Positions 53,917 through 60,300 of a DNA stretch of 64,000 bases are shown here, one piece after another. A program made the translations under genes and the position numbers. The notes below the pieces were generated by a model, which made no database searches, was not told where the DNA came from, and saw only the letters and a list, made by a program, of their open reading frames with translations. The stretch is from a virus (lineage: Duplodnaviria > Heunggongvirae > Uroviricota > Caudoviricetes). Within the stretch, counting starts at the first letter, position 1, and each line of letters opens with the position of its first letter. The stretch is from IMG/VR virus record IMGVR_UViG_3300037067_001516. One strand, 5' to 3'.

Positions 53917-53948
53917 AGACCTCGTCATTTAAGTCGAGGTCTTTAAGT
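53917..53948 (+). terminator. second hairpin (AGACCTCG...CGAGGTCT) followed by a T-rich tract
   Basis: 8-bp perfect stem. Confidence 0.5.
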
Positions 53949-54159
53949 TTAAAATCATTTAGACACTTTACTACGATCACCTCAATAGGTGCGAATCAAA
54001 AGCGTTAGTCCCGTTGTTAAGGCGTGGACGATGTATTATTATAGCCAAGAATTTTCCTGGTTATAATTTACCTTGGAGAATGATTGATAGTAACCTGGCT
54101 AGTACCAGCACTATCAATTCTATTTAGGTATTCATATTATTCTTGTTAGTTAATTACTG

Positions 54160-54232
54160 AGCTTGATAGAGGCTTCGAACCCCTAACCTACAGTTTACAA
54201 AACTGTTGCTCTGCCGATTGAGCTAATCAAGC
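54160..54232 (-). tRNA. tRNA-Thr (anticodon TGT)
   Basis: Hand-folded cloverleaf: acceptor GCTTGAT/ATCAAGC, D stem GCTC/GAGC, anticodon stem ACAGT/ACTGT with loop TTTGTAA, T arm AGGGG-TTCGAAG-CCTCT. Confidence 0.75.
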
Positions 54233-54322
54233 ATAATGGATACGTGGTATCCATTGTTTAATGTATTGACATTTCTACGTCTTAATAGACGAGCATTATG
54301 ACAACTTGTAATCTAAGTTATG

Positions 54323-54393
54323 CATAAACAGTAGGAGTCGAACCCACTCTAAGAGTTTTGGAGACTCTTGTGCTACCGGTACACCATGCTTAT
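54323..54393 (-). tRNA. tRNA-Trp (anticodon CCA)
   Basis: Acceptor ATAAGCA/TGTTTAT, anticodon stem AGAGT/ACTCT with loop CTCCAAA, T arm GTGGG-TTCGACT-CCTAC. Confidence 0.65.
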
Positions 54394-54406
54394 AGTCTTT
54401 GTTTTA

Positions 54407-54442
54407 GGCGGAGGGGTGACTCTCTTTCCGCCTTTTGTTGTT
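54407..54442 (+). terminator. hairpin GGCGGA...TCCGCC followed by TTTTGTTGTT
   Basis: Read directly. Confidence 0.45.
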
Positions 54443-54506
54443 AACCTTATCATTTTGTAGGGTTAACAATTGTTATGTGTGCAGTTTACGAGCAACCCCT
54501 CCGGCT

Positions 54507-54674
54507 TTACTTCCTGCGTTCGCATGTAGGACAAACAGTTTTAACAAAACTTAAATTCTGTTTTGCTAAGGCCATTTGTTCTTCAGCTTTCATCACTAAC
54601 CATTCTTCGAATGGCTTTACTCTTCCGCATACTTCACAGAAGAATATGATTTTTTTTCCGTTTGCGTCTCTCAT
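54507..54674 (-). CDS. small zinc-ribbon protein (55 aa: MRDANGKKIIFFCEVCGRVKPFEEWLVMKAEEQMALAKQNLSFVKTVCPTCERRK)
   Basis: Hand-translated minus-strand ORF with two CxxC pairs; below the track cutoff; sits between tRNA genes. Confidence 0.35.
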   Translation of the reverse strand: MRDANGKKIIFFCEVCGRVKPFEEWLVMKAEEQMALAKQNLSFVKTVCPTCERRK

Positions 54675-54806
54675 TACTATAGTCCTTTCTTCTCACGAGG
54701 CGGACACAACCTTTGTGAGAGTTTTGACGCAAGCATCTTTCAACTTCCCTTTGTTTCAGATAACGGTGTTTTTTTTCACAGTAATAACGCACTGATTGCC
54801 TCCGAT

Positions 54807-55415
54807 CTATTTAAGCAAACTGACGTCTATTTGTTTTATATGTTTACATCTTATGGAATAATCGGCCCATAATTCGAAACTGTTTTCTCTAAGTTTATCG
54901 CAGAAATACAAGTCTTCTGATCTTGCGATTATACCATCTTCATTATATATAAATTTAAATGGTTGTTTTATTTTTTCTAATACTTTTCTTTTAACCATGA
55001 AGCACCCCGCACCTGCTCCGTCTATTCTTATCAGATCTATCTCTGTAAAATTATATTGTACATCATAATTTGTCCCGTTATATAAGAACATCATTGGTGC
55101 TAGGTCGTAGCCTTTATCCGTAGCGACGAATCTATCTATACGAGCTGTAATAAAATCTTTATCAGCATGCAGCATCTTAGTTATAGTATTTGCAGGCGGG
55201 ACAACATCAGCGTCTATACTTAAGAAGTGCGTAGCATCTGTATCTAGAAATTTTTTAACTAATATATTCCTTGCATGATCATGAGGGATAGTGAACGGTT
55301 GGTATTCTATTATCAAATTAGCAGAGTATTTGTGCGACCATTCTATCATGCGCATCATAAGTTCCGCGTTAACTCTGCCATCGACTGTTGGTATACCTAT
55401 AAATATTTTTGTCAT
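54807..55415 (-). CDS. GT-A fold glycosyltransferase-like protein (start at internal Met MTKIFIGIPT; track ORF extends to 55490)
   Basis: IGIPTVDGR N-terminus and SIDADV (DxD) motif; ATG at 55415 lies directly after the stop of the upstream redoxin gene. Confidence 0.5.
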   Translation of the reverse strand: MTKIFIGIPTVDGRVNAELMMRMIEWSHKYSANLIIEYQPFTIPHDHARNILVKKFLDTDATHFLSIDADVVPPANTITKMLHADKDFITARIDRFVATDKGYDLAPMMFLYNGTNYDVQYNFTEIDLIRIDGAGAGCFMVKRKVLEKIKQPFKFIYNEDGIIARSEDLYFCDKLRENSFELWADYSIRCKHIKQIDVSLLK

Positions 55416-55420
55416 AGTGG

Positions 55421-55717
55421 TCAAACTAATCCTAAAATCTTTTCTATTATCTCTTTTAAATATTCTTGGTTGCTTCCTATTAGGAAACAATTATCCTGCA
55501 CTTTTAAAAATGGCATAGACAGATCTTCTTGCCGTATAGTTTCTGGGATCTCCTCTGGATTAGTATCGCAATCTATCACGGTATACTGTACGCCGTACTT
55601 ATCTAACATTAACTTGGCTTGTTCACAATCATGGCAGCCTTTAATTGTCAATAGTTTGATCTGACTGTTCATACATTTTAATATCTCTATGTTTATATTT
55701 GGCTTTTTTATTGCCAC
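55421..55717 (-). CDS. glutaredoxin/thioredoxin-fold protein (CxxC active site CHDC)
   Basis: LTIKGCHDCEQAKLMLDKYGVQYTVIDCD: redoxin-type betaalphabeta with CxxC. Confidence 0.45.
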   Translation of the reverse strand: MAIKKPNINIEILKCMNSQIKLLTIKGCHDCEQAKLMLDKYGVQYTVIDCDTNPEEIPETIRQEDLSMPFLKVQDNCFLIGSNQEYLKEIIEKILGLV

Positions 55718-55877
55718 AGTGTTTATAAAAATGGCATAGTTTGCATCCGCAATTCAAGTTCCACTTGTGCATACGATGCGGAGATTCTATTAAACCTTCA
55801 TTGCCAAACATCTTAGCGATAGCCAAACGCTTTTTAATAATCCTTCTTGTTTGGTGCATCTTTTCTGCTAATGACAT
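55641..55877 (-). CDS. small basic Cys/His-rich protein (78 aa)
   Basis: ORF overlapping the redoxin gene start in another frame; NCGCKLCHFYKHCG. Confidence 0.3.
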   Translation of the reverse strand: MSLAEKMHQTRRIIKKRLAIAKMFGNEGLIESPHRMHKWNLNCGCKLCHFYKHCGNKKAKYKHRDIKMYEQSDQTIDN

Positions 55878-55992
55878 TTGATTTTTTCTTATTATGTTTA
55901 CGTGGTGTATAAGCTTTAATCATTTGCTGCGCAATCTTAGAATTAAAGTTAGCCTCTATTAATATTTGTTTTAGAAAACCCATAATATAAAC

Positions 55993-56496
55993 TTAATAAT
56001 ACGCATTGTTAATTATATAATGCGCAGTAGATTTAACTACGCCAAATTTATTATAGATATCTTTATACGTGGCGCCTGATGCCCGCATCTCTCTAATTTC
56101 TTTAACTGTTTTATCTGAGAATTTTCTTATGAATGAACCACTGTGTATAGAATGTTCGATTCGTTCTTCTTCAGGAATGTCATGCATGTTTTCTGAAGCT
56201 GTGCCGAGCTTTATATTATTATTTTTGTTATTTAATTTATTATTGTCGAGATGTCTTACTTGCAGTTTTTTATTGAATATTCTGTCTCCGAAGTTTAAGA
56301 ACGCTACGAGTCTATGTATTTTTATTTCGCGTGGTTTATTATTTATTTTAATTTTAAAATATTTATATCCAGTAGTACCTATTGTCAATACTACAGGTCT
56401 TTTATTTTTGTTGAATAGTATTTCATTATCAGTATCAAGATAGTATCCTCGCTTTACTACTTCGTAGAATTTAGTTTTGTTCAAATCATTAATCAT
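55993..56496 (-). CDS. HNH homing-endonuclease-like protein with C-terminal HTH
   Basis: KIHRLVAFLNFGDR...VRHLDNNKLNNKNNNIKLGTASEN (HNH_3 type); C-terminal EIREMRASGATYKDIYNKFGVVKSTAHYI (sigma-70 r4-like HTH). Confidence 0.6.
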   Translation of the reverse strand: MINDLNKTKFYEVVKRGYYLDTDNEILFNKNKRPVVLTIGTTGYKYFKIKINNKPREIKIHRLVAFLNFGDRIFNKKLQVRHLDNNKLNNKNNNIKLGTASENMHDIPEEERIEHSIHSGSFIRKFSDKTVKEIREMRASGATYKDIYNKFGVVKSTAHYIINNAYY

Positions 56497-56529
56497 AATA
56501 TAATTTTATGAAATTAATAAACTAAAACG

Positions 56530-56665
56530 GTGCGACGTACAGCGCGGAAGTGGCGTTTAATATCGCCTTTGATACACAGCATGTGCCCGGCAGGCTCCCC
56601 GTTTCCCGCTTTCAGGGCGGATGGGAAAGTCGCAGTATATATCGCCGCATTTCAATTTACTAATT
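56530..56665. ncRNA. GC-rich, hairpin-dense non-coding island (candidate structured RNA) between the HNH gene and tRNA-Cys
   Basis: Strong local GC jump in a 33% GC genome; hairpins GGCG-TTTAATAT-CGCC and CCGC-TTTCAGG-GCGG; no credible ORF; no canonical tRNA fold found. Confidence 0.3.
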
Positions 56666-56671
56666 TGAATG

Positions 56672-56742
56672 AGCTCCAAGTCAGATTCGAACTGACGATG
56701 CATACTTTGCAGGTACGTGCCTTTCCTCTTGGCTATCGGAGC
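56672..56742 (-). tRNA. tRNA-Cys (anticodon GCA)
   Basis: Acceptor GCTCCGA/TTGGAGC, anticodon stem CGTAC/GTATG with loop CTGCAAA, T arm GTCAG-TTCGAAT-CTGAC. Confidence 0.65.
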
Positions 56743-56749
56743 TTGATAG

Positions 56750-56821
56750 TGGGAAAGACAGGTGTCGAACCTGTTACGCGTGCCGCTTCAAGACACCGCT
56801 CTACCGATGAGCTACTTCCCC
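56750..56821 (-). tRNA. tRNA-Phe (anticodon GAA)
   Basis: Acceptor GGGGAAG/CTTTCCC, T8-A9, D stem GCTC/GAGC, anticodon loop TTGAAGC, T arm ACAGG-TTCGACA-CCTGT. Confidence 0.7.
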
Positions 56822-56828
56822 TAACTTG

Positions 56829-56913
56829 TGCGCCAGGCGAGAATCGAACTCACACGGTCCTTGCGGACACCGGGTTTACAGCCCGGCCCCGAACCATACG
56901 GGACTACCGACGC
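56829..56913 (-). tRNA. tRNA-Tyr (anticodon GTA), class II with long variable arm
   Basis: 85 nt; anticodon stem CCGGG/CCCGG with loop CTGTAAA; variable-arm hairpin GTCC-GCAA-GGAC; T arm GTGAG-TTCGATT-CTCGC. Confidence 0.65.
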
Positions 56914-56991
56914 ATAACAAAAATAAGCTTCTGAAGAAACAACAGTATTGATAATAAAATTGTATGGATATTTTTTGCATATAATTATTAG

Positions 56992-57065
56992 TACTCAGAG
57001 TGAGATTCGGACTCACACTATATAGTTTTTGAAACTATCTCCTCTACCAGTTGGGATACCTGAGC
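56992..57065 (-). tRNA. tRNA with anticodon CAA (nominally Leu) but class I architecture (5-nt variable loop)
   Basis: Anticodon stem ATAGT/ACTAT with loop TTCAAAA; T arm GTGAG-TCCGAAT-CTCAC; acceptor GCTCAGG/TCTGAGT. Confidence 0.55.
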
Positions 57066-57066
57066 A

Positions 57067-57154
57067 TGGAGGAGAGAGTGGGATTTGAACCCACGTGTCT
57101 TGCGACTACTAGTTTTCAAGACTAGCCCGATAAGCCAAACTCTGGCACCTCTCC
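57067..57154 (-). tRNA. tRNA-Ser (anticodon TGA), class II, CCA encoded
   Basis: Acceptor GGAGAGG/TCTCTCC plus TCCA; anticodon stem CTAGT/ACTAG with loop CTTGAAA; variable-arm hairpin GTC-GCAA-GAC; T arm GTGGG-TTCAAAT-CCCAC. Confidence 0.7.
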
Positions 57155-57162
57155 GTTCTCTG

Positions 57163-57237
57163 TGCTCGAAGAGAGATTCGAACTCTCACATGAACGGTTT
57201 TTAAGACCGTTGCCTCTACCAGTTGGGCTACCCGAGC
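57163..57237 (-). tRNA. tRNA with anticodon TAA (nominally Leu), class I architecture
   Basis: Anticodon stem ACGGT/ACCGT with loop CTTAAAA; T arm GAGAG-TTCGAAT-CTCTC; paralogous to 56992..57065. Confidence 0.55.
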
Positions 57238-57249
57238 AAAAAATTTGTG

Positions 57250-57323
57250 TGCTCAGGACGGGAGTCGAACCCGCAGGACCTAGTTTCTAAAACTAGTATG
57301 GTTTCCAATTACATCACCCGAGC
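57250..57323 (-). tRNA. tRNA with anticodon TAG (nominally Leu, CUN), class I architecture
   Basis: Anticodon stem CTAGT/ACTAG with loop TTTAGAA; T arm GCGGG-TTCGACT-CCCGT; acceptor GCTCGGG/CCTGAGC. Confidence 0.55.
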
Positions 57324-57413
57324 AAAATACGTACGATAAAGGACTGAGCAATAAACTCAGGCCTAGTAGTGATAGCAATTGTAAACTTTTGTTAATCATA
57401 TATTGAAAATTTG

Positions 57414-57485
57414 TTCCAGAGCGTGGATTCGGACCACAATTTTTAGGTTCAAAGCCTAACGTCCTGCCAATTAGACGACTCTGAA
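57414..57485 (-). tRNA. tRNA-Gln (anticodon TTG)
   Basis: Acceptor TTCAGAG/CTCTGGA, anticodon stem TTAGG/CCTAA with loop CTTTGAA, T arm TGTGG-TCCGAAT-CCACG. Confidence 0.6.
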
Positions 57486-57491
57486 ATAATG

Positions 57492-57562
57492 TTTCAGAGC
57501 AAGGAATCGAACCTCGATTAGTGGTGTCAGAAACCACTGTCCTACCGTTAGACGACTCTGAA
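57492..57562 (-). tRNA. tRNA-Gln (anticodon CTG)
   Basis: Acceptor TTCAGAG/CTCTGAA, anticodon stem GTGGT/ACCAC with loop TTCTGAC, T arm CGAGG-TTCGATT-CCTTG. Confidence 0.6.
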
Positions 57563-57568
57563 AGACAG

Positions 57569-57640
57569 TGGGGATAACAGGACTTGAACCTATATAAACT
57601 GGTTAAGAGCCAGCCATTCTACCGATTGAATTATATCCCC
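57569..57640 (-). tRNA. tRNA-Lys (anticodon CTT)
   Basis: Acceptor GGGGATA/TATCCCC, D stem ATTC/GAAT, anticodon loop CTCTTAA, T loop TTCAAGT. Confidence 0.65.
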
Positions 57641-57648
57641 ATATTTTG

Positions 57649-57719
57649 TGGGGATGGCAGGAATCGGACCTACGTAATCTGGTTAAAAGCCAGGTGTTCT
57701 ACCATTGAACTACATCCTC
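57649..57719 (-). tRNA. tRNA-Lys (anticodon TTT)
   Basis: Acceptor GAGGATG/CATCCCC (one A-C mismatch), anticodon loop CTTTTAA, T arm GTAGG-TCCGATT-CCTGC. Confidence 0.6.
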
Positions 57720-57727
57720 TTATGATG

Positions 57728-57799
57728 TAGCTGTGCGGAGAATCGAACTCCGATTGAATGGTTGAAAACCATTTGTCCTAACCACTAGACGACACAGCC
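57728..57799 (-). tRNA. tRNA-Glu (anticodon TTC)
   Basis: D arm GTCTAGTGGTTAGGAC typical of Glu; anticodon stem AATGG/CCATT with loop TTTTCAA; T arm CGGAG-TTCGATT-CTCCG. Confidence 0.65.
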
Positions 57800-57885
57800 A
57801 AAAACTTAGCAGATTGTTTCTGCTTTTTCTCTTGTTTTTGCTGTTGTTGTTCTAGATTAAACATATATTTATTTAATGATTGATG

Positions 57886-57957
57886 TAGATAAAGTAGGAG
57901 TCGAACCTACGACACTCCGCGTATCAGGCGGATGCTCTTCCACTGAGCTACTTATCT
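57886..57957 (-). tRNA. tRNA-Ile (anticodon GAT)
   Basis: Acceptor AGATAAG/TTTATCT, D arm TAGCTCAGTGGAAGAGC, anticodon stem TCCGC/GCGGA with loop CTGATAC, T arm GTAGG-TTCGACT-CCTAC. Confidence 0.7.
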
Positions 57958-58230
57958 ATTTAGGGACGGGGAGTAACCGTCCCTCTGTTTGAAGCGCCGT
58001 AAATAAGGAATGCCGGGAGGATATCCGTGGACCGCACGAGAATCGAACTCGTCCAATCTCCGTGCAAGGGAGATTCGCCGCCTTGGGACATGTCAGCCCA
58101 TAGTTACTCACTAAGGGTGGGGTAATCGGAATTGCTAGCACCGCAATGGTTTACTCTCAGGAGAGCGGCTCCTTACCCTCTACCATAGAAATAGACTCTT
58201 CTATTACACCCCCCTTAAAAAATAACCCAT
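57958..58230 (-). ncRNA. GC-rich structured element containing a tRNA-like 3' half (anticodon-type hairpin TCTCC-CTTGCAC-GGAGA, T arm ACGAG-TTCGATT-CTCGT, 3' strand GCGGTCC-A) but no matching canonical 5' acceptor or D arm; also GGGACGG-N7-CCGTCCC hairpin
   Basis: Hand-folded from minus-sense sequence; a complementary 5' strand GGACCGC was not found within 400 nt. Candidate interrupted or atypical tRNA (the anticodon-type loop would read TGC), tmRNA-like RNA, or other ncRNA. Confidence 0.3.
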
Positions 58231-58231
58231 G

Positions 58232-58305
58232 CGGACACGGTGGGGTTCGAACCCACGATTTACTGGTAGACAACCAGTCGTCTTGAACCGCTAGACCACG
58301 CATCC
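58232..58305 (-). tRNA. tRNA-Asp (anticodon GTC)
   Basis: Acceptor GGATGCG/CGTGTCC, D stem GTCT/AGAC, anticodon stem ACTGG/CCAGT with loop TTGTCTA, T arm GTGGG-TTCGAAC-CCCAC. Confidence 0.65.
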
Positions 58306-58518
58306 AGATTTATTTCTGGAATGAAATCTATCTTTATAAACTTCTTTTAGCTTACTTTGCTTGGGGCAAAGAATGCAACATTCTAATTGCCTGATATAAA
58401 TACTTATCTCCTCTGGAACTTCGAAATGCTTATCTTCACCTTTTTTATTTTTACAATTTATAAAATATTTCATAATATTGTTTTGCACCAGAGACAGGAC
58501 TCGAACCTGTAACCTCAT
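58291..58518 (-). CDS. small Cys-containing hypothetical protein (likely start at internal Met MKYFINCK; 3' end overlaps tRNA-Asp, so doubtful)
   Basis: ORF track only; overlaps a confident tRNA by 15 nt. Confidence 0.25.
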   Translation of the reverse strand: MRLQVRVLSLVQNNIMKYFINCKNKKGEDKHFEVPEEISIYIRQLECCILCPKQSKLKEVYKDRFHSRNKSGCVV

Positions 58519-58558
58519 CCTTAACAGGGATTTGCTCTGCCAATTGAGCTACTCTGAT
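58486..58558 (-). tRNA. tRNA-Asn (anticodon GTT)
   Basis: Acceptor ATCAGAG/CTCTGGT, T8-A9, D stem GCTC/GAGC, anticodon loop CTGTTAA, T arm ACAGG-TTCGAGT-CCTGT. Confidence 0.65.
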
Positions 58559-58559
58559 A

Positions 58560-58636
58560 TGGAGCAAGTAATGAGATTCGAACTCATACTAATTGGTTGG
58601 AAGCCAATCGTGCTAGCCATTGAACACTACACCTGC
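58560..58636 (-). tRNA. tRNA-Gly (anticodon TCC), CCA encoded
   Basis: Acceptor GCAGGTG/TACTTGC plus TCCA, anticodon stem ATTGG/CCAAT with loop CTTCCAA, T arm ATGAG-TTCGAAT-CTCAT. Confidence 0.6.
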
Positions 58637-58637
58637 T

Positions 58638-58711
58638 TGGTCAGAATGGGAGGAATCGGACCTCCGTTTCATGGTCCCAAACCATGAGTAATGCCATTAT
58701 ACCACACTCTG
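58638..58711 (-). tRNA. tRNA-Pro (anticodon TGG), CCA encoded
   Basis: Acceptor CAGAGTG/CATTCTG plus ACCA, anticodon stem CATGG/CCATG with loop TTTGGGA, T arm GGAGG-TCCGATT-CCTCC. Confidence 0.6.
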
Positions 58712-58712
58712 T

Positions 58713-58787
58713 TGGGGTGATCGATGAGAATTGAACTCATACTAGCTGCTTCACAAACAGATGTGCTACCTTTACACTACAACCACC
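58713..58787 (-). tRNA. tRNA-His (anticodon GTG) with encoded G-1 and C73, CCA encoded
   Basis: 5' GGTGGTTG (extra G-1 opposite discriminator C), anticodon loop TTGTGAA, T arm ATGAG-TTCAATT-CTCAT, 3' CGATCAC-C-CCA. Confidence 0.6.
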
Positions 58788-58858
58788 ATGATTAAAAACC
58801 TTGTCCGTTGCCGGGCTGGTTATTATGATGGTTTGGTTGTTGTATAAACTTTTTCATT

Positions 58859-59629
58859 TTATTTTAATGGTTTTTTACAAATTACTTTTATCATCAATCC
58901 TTTTATATGCATTGGGATATCGTATTCTACTTCATGTATGTCTATAAAACCTGCAGTTCTGAGCATATCAAGGAGAGAGTTGTAATCATATATACTTTTG
59001 TGACAATCAAACTCTATAAAGGAGCTATCTGATAACTGGCCGTAAAGATATTGGTTGAATAAAGAAGTTGTAAGTGTTCCTTCTATATATGCACGGCATA
59101 TTCTGTTAAAGTCTGGGACAGCAACAGTTAGTTGGCCGCCATGCTGTAGGATTCTATAGAATTCTTTAAATAATCTTTGTGCTTGGATCAATGTTAAATG
59201 TTCTACTGTAGCACATGAAAATATTTCTTCTATATTATTATCTTCAAATGGAAGACGCCCGCGGATGTCAGCTACTATGTCGACGTTAGGGCCAGATGTT
59301 CCATCTACGGTTAGAAAATCTTTTTTATATCTAGTGTGCGTACATATATCTAATTTCAAAGTGGCGGAGGTCGGATTCGAACCGACGGCCTTCGGGTTAT
59401 GAGCCCGACGAGCTGCCTGCTGCTCTACCCCGCTATAAAATAACTCTAGATCTTCCAGTGATATCCCACATTCTTTATCAACCCCAATTACTACAGGTTT
59501 ACCAAAGAACCAGTTGGAAAATTTATCCATTTCATTCTTATCGATAGAACTTCTCAACATTTTGACAGAAATATATTTAGTCCCATCAATCTGCAGTAGA
59601 TTATCTATGATTGTTTTTGGTACTGTCAT
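58859..59629 (-). CDS. SAM-dependent methyltransferase-like ORF (Methyltransf_11-type motifs II/III in C-terminal half) whose reading frame runs straight through the initiator tRNA gene at 59362..59434
   Basis: DIVADIRGRLPFEDNNIEEIFSCATVEHL...RILQHGGQLTV match class I MTase motifs post-I, II and III. The region where motif I (GxGxG) should lie is occupied by the tRNA. True CDS extent uncertain: possible TTG start just after the tRNA, or a disrupted gene. Confidence 0.4.
   Translation of the reverse strand: MTVPKTIIDNLLQIDGTKYISVKMLRSSIDKNEMDKFSNWFFGKPVVIGVDKECGISLEDLELFYSGVEQQAARRAHNPKAVGSNPTSATLKLDICTHTRYKKDFLTVDGTSGPNVDIVADIRGRLPFEDNNIEEIFSCATVEHLTLIQAQRLFKEFYRILQHGGQLTVAVPDFNRICRAYIEGTLTTSLFNQYLYGQLSDSSFIEFDCHKSIYDYNSLLDMLRTAGFIDIHEVEYDIPMHIKGLMIKVICKKPLK
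59362..59434 (-). tRNA. initiator tRNA-fMet (anticodon CAT)
   Basis: AGCGGGGTAGAGCAGCAGGCAGCTCGTCGGGCTCATAACCCGAAGGCCGTCGGTTCGAATCCGACCTCCGCCA: unpaired 1:72 (A-C), three consecutive G-C pairs at the base of the anticodon stem, near-identity to bacterial initiator tRNA; much higher GC than its surroundings. Confidence 0.8.
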
Positions 59630-59834
59630 TTTCGTAAAGCTTGTTCAGAATGTCGAAATGGTTCTGTGTTTCACTGAGTATTCTTTTCTTAAGGAAAAAT
59701 GCCTTGACAAAATTATATTTCTCTGTTTTAGCATAAATGATTCTGCACTTGTCTATTATTCTGTGGAATCTTTTTATCTCGTAATCCTTAAGACATTGTC
59801 TACTTTGTGGATTCATATATAAAAAGTATATCAT
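59601..59834 (-). CDS. hypothetical protein (77 aa)
   Basis: ORF. Confidence 0.35.
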   Translation of the reverse strand: MIYFLYMNPQSRQCLKDYEIKRFHRIIDKCRIIYAKTEKYNFVKAFFLKKRILSETQNHFDILNKLYENDSTKNNHR

Positions 59835-59850
59835 ATTTATGCTTTTTTGT

Positions 59851-60054
59851 CTATAGTTTTCTACCGCAGCATTGGCATCTGCCGATTGTTTCTGATATTT
59901 CTTTATGTGTTTCGATTCTATTCCAAGCGCTTGATGTTGATTTAAGATTAAATTTATTCATCACTTCTTCTATAGTAGGATACCGTTTATGTTTATTAAC
60001 AAACTTAAAGATGTAGTCGCTAGTCTCTATTTGTTTTTTAGTCCGATGTATCAT
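59851..60054 (-). CDS. small zinc-ribbon protein (67 aa, C-terminal CQCCGRK)
   Basis: ORF. Confidence 0.4.
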   Translation of the reverse strand: MIHRTKKQIETSDYIFKFVNKHKRYPTIEEVMNKFNLKSTSSAWNRIETHKEISETIGRCQCCGRKL

Positions 60055-60224
60055 ACTTTTCTTTTTTGATTTCTTCTATAATTTTATTACTCTTATGAGA
60101 TTTTCTACGCCATTGTCTTAACTCAAACGCTCTTGCTTTCTTTTTCCCAAACCGTTTGTTGTTTGGCTTTTTAAAGTTCATATTATGCTACGCTTTATTT
60201 ATGATTAAAAATTAGAGTTGCCAG

Positions 60225-60300
60225 AATGGGTGACACCAGCCATGAAGCTTGCGAGGCTGTAATGGGCTTCTCCTCGGTGGGCTAATACCCCCGTGTGTGG
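60225..60300. ncRNA. GC-rich hairpin-forming non-coding segment (CAGCC-N13-GGCTG etc.) immediately upstream of the atypical tRNA-like element
   Basis: Local GC jump, no ORF, stem-loops read directly. Confidence 0.25.

Noticed and set aside
54233-54320. Perfect 8-bp hairpin ATGGATAC-GTG-GTATCCAT between tRNA-Thr and tRNA-Trp
   Set aside because: Too short and isolated to call; probably an inter-tRNA processing or spacer hairpin.
54475-54795. Track ORF 54475..54795 (+), 106 aa
   Set aside because: Lies antisense to a more plausible 55-aa zinc-ribbon ORF and to the upstream region of the minus-strand GT gene. It has no start context, and the region is part of a minus-strand transcription unit.
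55275-55664. Plus-strand ORFs 55275..55664 and 55291..55518
   Set aside because: Antisense to the glycosyltransferase and redoxin genes, which carry recognisable motifs.
55881-56700. HNH gene 55993..56496 plus GC-rich island as a group I intron inserted in a tRNA gene
   Set aside because: No tRNA exon halves could be found flanking the block on the minus strand; kept only as a structured-RNA candidate.
56530-56934. Track ORF 56530..56934 (+), 134 aa
   Set aside because: Reads across tRNA-Cys, tRNA-Phe and tRNA-Tyr on the opposite strand and through the GC-rich island; an artefact of GC-rich structured sequence.
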